Shown piece by piece: positions 10,380 to 20,219 of a stretch of DNA of 43,031 nt. A program made the translations under genes and the position numbers. Positions within the stretch are counted from its first letter, which is position 1; the number at the start of each line of letters is the position of its first letter. The notes under the pieces were generated by a model, which was not told the DNA's origin, did no database searches, and was given only the letters and a program-made list of their open reading frames with translations. Origin of the DNA: Nemertoderma westbladi (Eukaryota; Animalia; Xenacoelomorpha); the NCBI GenBank assembly GCA_032718475.1, contig JAUCBJ010003487.1, positions 1 to 43,031 of the forward strand, read 5' to 3'.

Positions 10380-10958
10380 AGATAATTTGTAGGCTGGACT
10401 GTTGTCTGACTGTCGTTAGGTCTGAAGGGACTGTAGTGTGTGTAGAGCGTATGACCGAAAAAGTACTAGTTAGGAAAGTAGGGGCTTCCAGTGCTGTGAG
10501 GTAAACCCCCTCGAAAGAATAAGTCATACTACTCGGTTAGAACGCATACTAACTAACCATTTCGGAGTCTGCATATACTGTAGTTTATTTAGGCTTGATA
10601 GTAGTCTGCCAGCGTTTGGTCTGTACTTTGTTTGTGTAGTCTGTATGGGTAGCGTAATATTTCTTATTTAGATAATTTGTAGGCTGGATTGTTGTCTGGC
10701 TGTTGTTAGGTCTGAAGAGATTGCGGTGTGTGTAGAGTGTATGTCCGATAAAGTGCCAGTTGGGAACGTAGGGGCTTCCAGTGCTGTGAGGTAAACCCCC
10801 TGGAAAGAATAAGTCGTCCTACTCGGTTAGAACGCATACTAACTAACCATTTCGGAGTCTGCATATACCGTAGTTTGTTTAGGCTTGATAGTAGTCTGTC
10901 ATTATTTGGTCTGCATTTTGTTTGAGTAGTCTGTACGCGTAGCGTAATATTTATTATT
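10380..10958. repeat. 290-bp tandem duplication in the 5' leader
   Basis: agataatttgtaggctgga starts at 10380 and again at 10670. Copy 2 has a single unit (about 34045-34335). Confidence 0.9.
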
Positions 10959-12288
10959 CAGAGTTTATGCGATTATTCGCAACATTCATATCCCCAAGTT
11001 TATTCCTACAGTAATTGTGCTTGTTATATATACCGTTATAGTTAAATTAACCCCGGTACTACATCAGGGCTGCTTGGCGTAGGTAAAGACTGGTGATTTT
11101 GTGCCCCGGTCACTCCAGCAGATACCGTGGTTCTTTTAGCTGTTCAAGTATTTTTAACTACTGATTATTTGTTGTATAAGTACTTGTACCTAATTTAGGG
11201 TTTAGTGTACAGTGCTTTCCGAAGGTGATTAGTGTGTAGGCAGTATATTTGTGTTGTAAAGTGGTTAATAGGCACGTTGGTTCTGGTAGACCGCGGTAAT
11301 TCTAGGTAGAAACACTCCATGATACATAACATAGTACTTATAGCGATACGGCTATAAGTCGTCAGACGGTGGTATTTTTTCTATCTGGACAACGCAATAT
11401 ATTTACTACTGCTTGTTATTTTCAAATACCGTAGTACCCTGTCCGTTGTAATAACCAGATATTCTAACCCTTTGTTAGGCTGGTTTGTAGACTTCTTGTA
11501 AAATTACCCTAAAAATTCGTACGTGTAATTTTTGTGTTTATTTAGAGATTGTAATCTCACCCCGAATTGTTCGTAATTTGTAGTATTAAGTAACTTAGGT
11601 AAATTAGAATTATTTGTTTTAGTGTCCAACAAGTAGCATTTCACTGAGAGCGTACAGCTTCTGTGTAGTGACTCCTTCCCAGAAATAATAACATTTATTT
11701 CAAATATTGACAAAACCCATTATACGGGTATATATATTATAAATCAACTCAAACCGATTTATAAAATAGTAGGCCTGTCTTACAATAATTAGGTCTAAAT
11801 ATCAGTTGGACTACTGCTTAAATAACGGTAATAAAGTAAAGTAAAGTAACCAAGTAACCCCCTAAAATTCAGAAATTCAATTATTTAAAATAATTGACAT
11901 ACCGGTATTTACAATAGGCTTATTATATTTATTTCTATAAATTTAGGCTAAATTATATACCGGTATTCTGTGATTAATTCTAGTCTGTAATTATACTTAT
12001 ATATATACATTACAAGTGTAAGCTGTATACCAGTATTCACGATAGGCCTATCATATATTTATATATATTTACGCTAAAATTATATACCGGTATTCTGTGA
12101 CAAACCTAGTCTGTAATAATACTTATATATATACTATAAGCATACCGGTATTCTAATATATTATATATATATCACGCTACACTGAGTAGCAGTATCGGTA
12201 ATTAATTACTAGGCTAACAGTTGATACTGAATTACTAGACTTGCTTTAACTGTAATTTAGCAGTAGGCATTCAACTGTACAAATAAAC

Positions 12289-14817
12289 ATGTCTGACACA
12301 AAGCAAAACCTGTCAGACAGTCTCCTAGATACAACCATCTGTGACCCAGACAGGAGTGTGGAACGTGTGAGACCAAAGTTCCACTCACCTCCTACTGTAA
12401 GAAAGATCATCCCTCCAGTAGTAGTATCAGACCCTAGGCTAGTCCAACATCGTAGGTCTATCATAGGCACTCGAGCCCAAGTCAAGCGGGACCAAGAAGC
12501 AGCGGAACAGCAACAACCCGCGAGCCGAGAACTTATTTCTCAGCGGCCCGACAGCTCCAGTAGTGCGGATACTGTAGAGCTGACACCCGAGTGCGGAGCA
12601 AAGATGGCAGATGCGGTTTATTCGGATCCCCTTCTCATCCTTCCTGCAGCCGTACTCACTAGGGTATTGATTGCGGTGGAGGAACACCAGATTGATTGGG
12701 CGAGAAGTAAGCGATCGACTAAGGATAGTTATGCGGGATACACAAGGGAAGAACTGAAGTCTATTGTCGAGTCGCAATGGAACTTCCCCGGACCCGGACT
12801 CCCGTTTGACTTATCGGAAGCTGCCTGGGAAGACATACACAGGATGGGAGTAACAAAGGAAACCATCGATCCAGCTGTGTGGAAGAGGTCCGCAGCAGGA
12901 TACGTACAGGGATTCTTCAGCTCTTTGGAGAGATTAGAGGAACAACTGTTTCGACAACCCCAAGGACCTCAAGAGCAGGGAGAGCTGCTTTATCAAGTTC
13001 GAGAAAGAATTCTACGAATCCGACTAATCTTATCGGCCTTTGAGGAGGCTTCTAAAAGAAAACAAGATACGTCGTTGCAAGTTGCTGTAAAGACTTGGTT
13101 CCAGCGGGTGAGTCTCCAGGTTCAAGGAACTGCCCAGTGGAAATCTCAGCTGGCCGAGCACTCAACCCATGGAGAATCAACAGACGCTACATTTTCCCAA
13201 GTGGAAAGTGAAGCGACGGCAGAGAAACCGCATGAGAGGGACGCTATTGACATCTATCTGTCAGACTATCAACGATTTGTAGGTGACGAAGAGTTGAGGA
13301 GACGGCTGTCTGGACTTAGCCCTAATAGTGAAGGAGCCAAGCTTGTGTTGGACGCAATCGATGCGGATATGAGAGCTGCGAACCAAGCTAAATTTGATGA
13401 ACGCCTCCGCATCACTAGGGTCCAAGAAGAACAAGTAAAGAAAAAACGTATAGAAGACAGAAAGACAGCGGCAGTGGCAGCAGCAGTGGCAGCGGCAGAA
13501 GAGGAAAGAAAAGCGGCAGCGGCAGCGGCAGAGGCAGAAACGGAAAGAAAAGCGGCAGCAGCAGAAGCGGAAAGAAAAGCGGCAGCGGCCGAAGCGGAAA
13601 GAAAGGCGGCAGTGGTAGCGGCCGAAGCGGAAAGAAAGGCGGCAGTGGCAGCGGCAGAGGCAGTGGCAGAAGCAGAACGGAGAGCGTCTGAAGAAACCAC
13701 CCAACTAGAATTGGAAAACATTCAGGAGAATCAAGACTGCATAAATAAACAGTTAACAGCTAGTCAAATGCAGATGATGAGTCGATCAACTCCCAAAAGA
13801 CAGGGATATACATCATCTGAGGAAGGTGATACCACCGATCCTGAAGGCGGAGGAAATATATCTCGTCTAAGCAGGCATAGAAGAATGTCCGACCGTCAGA
13901 AATTGCCTGATTTGCCCCCAGCTGTTAGAAGGCAACTAACTAACACAAACTTAGGTAGTACAGAACCCACAGACCAAATAATTAACATAGAAAGAGTCCC
14001 TACTATAGTAGATGAGCCTGAAATAATTAGGCCTGTTCTCGAAGCCACCCCTTCGGTGATAGAGACACCTGTACTCCCAGAACCTACCTCTAAATTCCCT
14101 TTGCATAGCACTAAGCTACCTGTGCCCCACAGAACCATCCCTGAAAATGTTCATGTCCTGGACTCCGAGCGAAATATTAATGATTTGTCGCCCGTTGTCC
14201 CTCGTCCGCCCGCTACAACATTGGCGACTCCCGCTTCGGCGGTCGAGTGGGTGGATGAGAGACAGCGGGGGATGGATCTCCTGCTCGGGCAGATGCAGGA
14301 GACTGTTAAGCAGTTCAAGGGTACAGTAAGGGAAAGTAGGTTAGAGTTGCAAAAAGTGCAGCAAAGTATCGCATTAGAACGCGATAAATTAGTAAATACA
14401 CAAAGGGGTATACCACCACCCCCTGTAACAATGTGTCAACCTGTTAGGTCTGAAGTATTTCATGCGCAAGGTGTGGAGCCTACACGCATCTATACTGCTA
14501 GCGAAGTGGAAACTCCTATAGTAAACCCTATTAAGGGTAATTATAAACCTGTTGACAATGATATTCCATATAGACTTGATAATAATCCGAGAAATTTATA
14601 TACCGATAACTCGATATTAAATAACAAGATGGCCCAAGAAAGTTTTATGCGTCAAATGGCTAGAACCGAAGCCCGTCAAGCGGTAAAGGTGGGAGAGATC
14701 GTCAAGTTCAATGGAGATGAGATGAAATGGTTACCTTTTAATGAATATTACAAAGATAACATACAGAACTCTGTGTTATTATGGAGATGTGAACTTATGA
14801 AGGATCTCCCAAGTTAA
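12289..14817 (+). CDS. BEL/Pao Gag N-terminal part (frameshifted near 14780-14800)
   Basis: Closely similar to the first ~830 aa of ORF 28001-32731. Has an (AAAEAERK)n coiled coil and the gag motif KFNGDEMKWLPF. Local deletions relative to copy 2 shift the frame. Confidence 0.9.
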   Translation: MSDTKQNLSDSLLDTTICDPDRSVERVRPKFHSPPTVRKIIPPVVVSDPRLVQHRRSIIGTRAQVKRDQEAAEQQQPASRELISQRPDSSSSADTVELTPECGAKMADAVYSDPLLILPAAVLTRVLIAVEEHQIDWARSKRSTKDSYAGYTREELKSIVESQWNFPGPGLPFDLSEAAWEDIHRMGVTKETIDPAVWKRSAAGYVQGFFSSLERLEEQLFRQPQGPQEQGELLYQVRERILRIRLILSAFEEASKRKQDTSLQVAVKTWFQRVSLQVQGTAQWKSQLAEHSTHGESTDATFSQVESEATAEKPHERDAIDIYLSDYQRFVGDEELRRRLSGLSPNSEGAKLVLDAIDADMRAANQAKFDERLRITRVQEEQVKKKRIEDRKTAAVAAAVAAAEEERKAAAAAAEAETERKAAAAEAERKAAAAEAERKAAVVAAEAERKAAVAAAEAVAEAERRASEETTQLELENIQENQDCINKQLTASQMQMMSRSTPKRQGYTSSEEGDTTDPEGGGNISRLSRHRRMSDRQKLPDLPPAVRRQLTNTNLGSTEPTDQIINIERVPTIVDEPEIIRPVLEATPSVIETPVLPEPTSKFPLHSTKLPVPHRTIPENVHVLDSERNINDLSPVVPRPPATTLATPASAVEWVDERQRGMDLLLGQMQETVKQFKGTVRESRLELQKVQQSIALERDKLVNTQRGIPPPPVTMCQPVRSEVFHAQGVEPTRIYTASEVETPIVNPIKGNYKPVDNDIPYRLDNNPRNLYTDNSILNNKMAQESFMRQMARTEARQAVKVGEIVKFNGDEMKWLPFNEYYKDNIQNSVLLWRCELMKDLPS

Positions 14818-17255
14818 TGGCGTTAAAGTTTATTGGACATCCAGATGGATTAAGACAAGTTTGGGATACCCTAAACATCAGGTATGGTAATAGGAATAAC
14901 ATAGCTAGGTATTTGTATGCAAAATTGGTAGCGCCCCGAAAATTCATTAGCAGCGGGATTATAGAGTTTTCCGATGAAATTCAGGAGATCTGTAGACAAT
15001 TAGATTGGCTAGGTAAGTCTCATGAATATCAGAGTTCTATGGTTATTGGAGCCATGGCCTCTACTTTACCGAAGGGTGGAGTAGGTACACGCTGGGATAA
15101 GAAAGTGTTATATATGATGGAACATCAAAGACGAGACCCTACCATGGCTGATCTCATGTCATTCTTAGATGGAGAAGTAAAATTACAGCTCCTAAAGCAG
15201 TCCAGAGAGAAGACACCGGAAAATAAGGTAAGTGAGAAACCCGTTTCTAGGAGAAGGGTAATACCAGTGTGTTATACAGACGACGGCGAAAGCCAGGCTT
15301 CTCAAGAGGAAGACAGCGGGAAAGACACTGAAAGATCTTACTATGACAACAAAGCGCCTAAGGACGTAAGTAAATTCAAGTCTCGAACCAATGACAGGAG
15401 AGAACAGGTAAGAAAAACTCCTACGTCTCCTAAGAGAATTCATGTAAGAAAGCCCGAGGAAAGAACGAGTGTGCACAACGTTACCCAGAGTAAGGTAAGT
15501 AACATCAAACCAAAATGTGTGCTGTGCGACGGGCCCCACCGTTTGAATGTGTGTGATGAATTCCTGAGGAAATCACTAAAGGACAGACGTGAAGTCATGT
15601 GGGATAAGCGGTTGTGTTATAATTGCCTCAGACGAGGACACCAACGGCGAACCTGTTACTCCGACGCAAGGTGTGCAAAGTGCGGCGCAAAACATCATAT
15701 CTTGTTGCACACTGAATTCGATCGAAACAGCCCGAGTCAGGTAAGTGAGTCCGAACTACATGTCCAATTCAGTGATGTGAACGACACTGACCAAAGTTCT
15801 GAGATGGAAGGATTCTATACGGACGAATTCTCCGACGAAAACGAATCCTGTTACCTGATAAATACCGCAGTGTATCGAGCACTTACGTATGAAAAGGACA
15901 CCGACAGCGAGCTCCCCCTAACTACTTCTGACCGACAACCATCTTGGAAAGCACCAACTTCCAATGTAGGAATCCGAGAATTTCCCGTAGTGCAGTTAAG
16001 GGTCCACGGGCCACGAAGGAGTTATATAGTGAACGCCCTCCTTGACTCCGGTAGCACGGGAACATTCATCGACAAAGAACTAGCCGAAGACATCTTTGCT
16101 GGACAACCCAAGTTCCGAACCAAGTTAAACATGTCAGGAATTATGCAGGTTTGGAAATCTACAGTAATAGCGGATTATTATGTAGGTGCGTTGTCCACCC
16201 CCCAGGATGAACTAGGAGAACACAGCATAAGGTCAGTAAAAATGGTGGCGATAAAGAACTTCGCTACCAGCCAAGTAGAACCTTATAACTGGGATGAGGA
16301 CGATTTCACCCAGCAGCTTGATATACCTAGATTCAACACAGATTACCCTGGAGTGCAAATACTCATCGGTCAAAATGCGCATGAGGCGCTCGAGACATTG
16401 GAGAAACGGCCTGCTCAACCGCAACCACTACAAGCCTATGCGGGAAGAACTAGAGTAGGTTGGTACTTTACTGGCCTTTCCCGTAGAACTCTCATAGAAA
16501 GGTTACCAAAAGAACGGGTATACCAAGTAAGTGAATGGGAAGCGGAGAGCAGTGAGGTAGATGACCCAACTGAGGGAACACCACACTCCTCAGATAATGA
16601 CGATATTAACTCCAATGTAGATCAATGGAGACATTGCCCCAAGACGATTAATCTAACAGACATTGCTTCCAGAGGAGCAACTCCTCAAGAACTGACAGAT
16701 ACTCCAGACTGGTTAGGTGGCCCCGACTTCTTAAGTAAAGAAGATGAATGGCCTCCCCATCTTACCACGGCTGAGATTAGACAAGCCAAGGGAGCGGAGA
16801 AAGTCAAACCTAAAACCCGGACGAGTAAATCAAGGTTATTTAAACCCGTGATAGATCTGTCTGTATTACACATTGCCAGGGACGACACTGTGGATCTAAA
16901 CTCCCCCACCGCGAACCGATCTGTTGTGGAGATCAGAGAGAGAGACTGGAGATCTGGAACACCAGACGTCTCGCCGGGACTCTCACCTCTCCTGCCGGGA
17001 GCGATGGACCACTATAGATCCTGGAATCGGCTTTGTAAGGCCGTCGTGTATTTGAAGCAATGTTTCTATCGTCGCTATTCCAGGACGAAGAGGAAACCTG
17101 GAATTCTCTTCGAGACACAGCAGCTCAATCGCCCAGTTGGTCGTTTATGTTTACTGGAAAGAGACCGAGAACTGTCCGGAAACTATGGAAGGCAAGATAC
17201 TCTTCCCACGACCACCTCCCTAATCCAACAAACATCTAGGGACTCCCCAACGTAA
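14817..17255 (+). CDS. BEL/Pao Gag C-terminus plus aspartic protease plus short remnants of RNase H and the integrase C-terminus
   Basis: Knuckles CVLCDGPHRLNVC, CYNCLRRGHQRRTC and CAKCGAKHHILLH. Protease ALLDSGSTGTF. RNase H tail QWRHCPKTINLTDIASRG...WLGGPDFL...WP. Terminal LNRPVGRLCLLE, typical of the BEL pol end. Confidence 0.9.
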   Translation: MALKFIGHPDGLRQVWDTLNIRYGNRNNIARYLYAKLVAPRKFISSGIIEFSDEIQEICRQLDWLGKSHEYQSSMVIGAMASTLPKGGVGTRWDKKVLYMMEHQRRDPTMADLMSFLDGEVKLQLLKQSREKTPENKVSEKPVSRRRVIPVCYTDDGESQASQEEDSGKDTERSYYDNKAPKDVSKFKSRTNDRREQVRKTPTSPKRIHVRKPEERTSVHNVTQSKVSNIKPKCVLCDGPHRLNVCDEFLRKSLKDRREVMWDKRLCYNCLRRGHQRRTCYSDARCAKCGAKHHILLHTEFDRNSPSQVSESELHVQFSDVNDTDQSSEMEGFYTDEFSDENESCYLINTAVYRALTYEKDTDSELPLTTSDRQPSWKAPTSNVGIREFPVVQLRVHGPRRSYIVNALLDSGSTGTFIDKELAEDIFAGQPKFRTKLNMSGIMQVWKSTVIADYYVGALSTPQDELGEHSIRSVKMVAIKNFATSQVEPYNWDEDDFTQQLDIPRFNTDYPGVQILIGQNAHEALETLEKRPAQPQPLQAYAGRTRVGWYFTGLSRRTLIERLPKERVYQVSEWEAESSEVDDPTEGTPHSSDNDDINSNVDQWRHCPKTINLTDIASRGATPQELTDTPDWLGGPDFLSKEDEWPPHLTTAEIRQAKGAEKVKPKTRTSKSRLFKPVIDLSVLHIARDDTVDLNSPTANRSVVEIRERDWRSGTPDVSPGLSPLLPGAMDHYRSWNRLCKAVVYLKQCFYRRYSRTKRKPGILFETQQLNRPVGRLCLLERDRELSGNYGRQDTLPTTTSLIQQTSRDSPT

Positions 17256-17808
17256 CATCGTCTGGAGTGGGTGTATGACTATATTATTTTATATTTGCTT
17301 TTATTATTTTATACTTATGTATGTATTATTATGTAATTTTATTATAATCGTTTTCTTTAATTTTATTTAGTAGAATGTTATTTTAGCGATTATTTAGTAG
17401 ATTAGTGCAATATATATTCGCGTTTATTACTTAATTACTTATATTATATTATACTTAGTGCAACGGTGAGAAATAATTCTTTTTCTCTTTCCTTACTGTC
17501 CGTATTACATTATAAATACGTGACTACAGTAAGATGAAATGTCCGTACTTATTAAAGTACAATAAAGCTCCTACTATATTCAAGTATTATTGGTAAGTAG
17601 AGTATTAGGAATGCAAAGTTCAGATCCTCGTGTCTCGGCTAAACCAAGCTCTGGGTAGACCTTGGAAACGACTTGCCTCTTCTCACTGACATTGCTTCGT
17701 GCGATATTGCTCTCATACCGTATATTAAATAATACATATAGTAGCGTGATGTCCCTTTAACAGTAGCGTACAACGCAAATAAATCTGTTAAACCCTTTGA
17801 CCATCTGC

Positions 17809-18085
17809 AATTCTAGTCGATTAAGATATCGCGGCACCCACCGATATACTTGAAAGACAAAATTCTAGAATCAGTGGTTAACGTCCCCAGACAAGTTCTG
17901 GAATAAACTGGTGCCCATCCTAAATATTAATTATTAATATTTACAAAATCTGGCAAATTTTAGATCCTTTAAAATTCTAGTCTATTAAGATATCGTAGCA
18001 CTTACCGATATTCTTAAAAAGACCAATTTCCTAGAATCAAGGATCCTAGTCCCCAGACATGTTCTGGAATAAAATTGTGTCTATT
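17809..18085. repeat. Diverged ~164-bp direct repeat in the 3' internal region
   Basis: aattctagtc.attaagatatcg...gtccccagaca.gttctggaataaaa at about 17809 and 17973. Confidence 0.85.
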
Positions 18086-18798
18086 TAATATTAAATAATA
18101 AAATTTACGGGAATAAATTTAAATTCATATTTTAATGAATTTGATAAATTGTCATTTTTATACAATTTATAACATTCCCAAAATTCCATAAATTAATAGA
18201 TCATGGGAGCGGAGATTCACCCTATTAAGTATATTAGTGTGCGAGAATCTCCAATATATAGTCAATAGCCGATAAAATTCATAAAATCATGTATAAAGAG
18301 AAATATTGACAATTAAAGAATTACTATTAAAAGTGAGTTAAAAGAACAATAAAGCTTGCCCATTGAATAGCATAAGGAATAAATAGCACACTGCTAGTAT
18401 CCCAGGATACCCAATAATAACGTGGCATTCTGGAAGGCACTGACTAACGTACAAATGGCCCGAATGTGTACAATTTGTGACAGTTGCGTGGAATTTGTGC
18501 GTTTATAGGTGAATGTTACTACTAAAGTGTGTTTACAGTAGCGAGTCGCAATTGTGAAAGTAGCCCTAACTCTCCAGTAAGAACCTGAAGTAAATCTAAG
18601 CCTTTGGGACGGACGGTGGAGTGACTCGCGCTGGTTGTTGTGGTCGTTGTGCAGCTACGACGTTGGCGATAGGCACATCGGCGAAAGTACACCAGCGCTG
18701 AGGATCTTGCGCTGTCCGGGGGCCGAGAGGGGTAGGCAGCGACGCCCGCTAGCCTAAATATAAACTCATTATAATATTGATAAACTCATATAGCAGAT

Positions 18799-20141
18799 AT
18801 GACTGAGTTGATAGAAGATGATCTTGGTATCAGGGAGCGATATACTCTACCTTTACAAGCGTTTGTTGATAGCTTGATACGCGGCGACGCTGGTCCAACT
18901 ACTACGGAGGACGATGGTTGTTATATCGAACCGCCAATGTCCCAGGAGCAACTTACGCGTGAATTGGACTATAGAAAATTCACCGCTCGCTATACGCATC
19001 GTAATGGTATGTATATGGACTTCTTAACTACTAGTCATTCTATCGATTTACACGATACGGACGATGTCGACACCGAAAGGGAAATGGTACTGTTTTGAGT
19101 ATCCTACCCAGCGGAGTCGGAACGATAAACTGAAAATCGAATGTGAAAATTCTATTCAAAATCGACTCGAAAGGGAAGACGTTAAAGAACCGGATAAACG
19201 CAGTAACTCTAACGTATATTTGGAATTCTTGAGAGAAACGTTGTAACACCGAATAAATATCACCCACGTTTCCCCTACAATACGTGCGTCTTTGGTATTA
19301 TTGCGATGAATGCCCAAGACCCAACCAACAAACGGAAAGACATAAACATCCGCGGAGACGTTGCTTTAAACACAGTTTTACTCGCTATATTTACGGGAGT
19401 TTCGAGCGAAACTTGTTCGATGTATCACCTACGCTCGCTCGATTCAAACGATCCTTAAATAAACCTATGATCAGAGTTCCGGAATACTCGGTCAGACCTC
19501 CTCATTCCCTAGTTAGACCTCAGACTCTTGATCCTAATAGTATCACGGATCCTCCCGAACTGTACTCACTGTTCAAAGATCTAGTGTTACCCGAACAGTT
19601 AGTCGGTGGCACTCCGGTTGTGGACTCCCTAAATATTCACCCATCTTACTTAGTCGGATTGGGACGCGGACAGCTAATATCGCCATTCAACCGTATCATC
19701 GTCCCTGTTTAACCCGATACAACCTGTCACCGAGGCGGAGGAAAGAGTTGTACGAAACGCGTTGGACACTATTCGTCAAAAGATCGGAAAATGAACCTAC
19801 AATTGTTTAGAGAAACGTAAATTGCAGCAGCAAGTTAATTTTATCTCAGTTCGATCAAGAAATTCAGAATCTCTAAGAAGATATCGAACTTGGACGACCC
19901 TATTCTCTGCAAGAGTTTTGGACGAACGCATCCAACGATAAGCGGAGGAAAATCAGCTCGAGGAGAAGCATATCGAAATGGACGAGACATCGACCGTAAC
20001 CCTAAACCTTCTGATGCAATTGTATTGCACCCTTCACCCAGGAGTTACAGCCCTCCTAGTAAAGTGGCTCGCCCCAAAGAGAAAAGGACTCTTGCTAGCC
20101 TCAAAAAACTGTGTAAACGCCGTCCGCGCAAGAAAGACTAG
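18799..20141 (+). pseudogene. Fragmented accessory ORF in the env position of the BEL element, function unknown
   Basis: Chain of adjacent sense-strand ORFs (18799-19098, 19064-19246, 19284-19712, 19890-20141) with higher GC than the flanks, ending just before the PPT. Confidence 0.45.
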
Positions 20142-20210
20142 CTGTTTAGAGTATTTTTATATTTTAGAAACTGTGATTTTTTATATTTTATAGAATTAAA
20201 TCCCATTTTC

Positions 20211-20219
20211 TGGGAGCGG
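20211..20219 (+). promoter_or_regulatory. Polypurine tract
   Basis: TGGGAGCGG immediately precedes the TGT of the 3' LTR. Confidence 0.75.

Noticed and set aside
13261-13721. Cys/Arg-rich and Ala-rich antisense ORFs (also 31335-31751)
   Set aside because: Shadow frames of the gag AAAEAERK repeat.
14775-14819. TAATG stop-start overlap between the two copy 1 ORFs as programmed reinitiation
   Set aside because: Copy 2 reads straight through (SVLSNGEKLRFLIECLEGPPKLM). The overlap results from local deletions in copy 1, which may be mutation or sequencing error.
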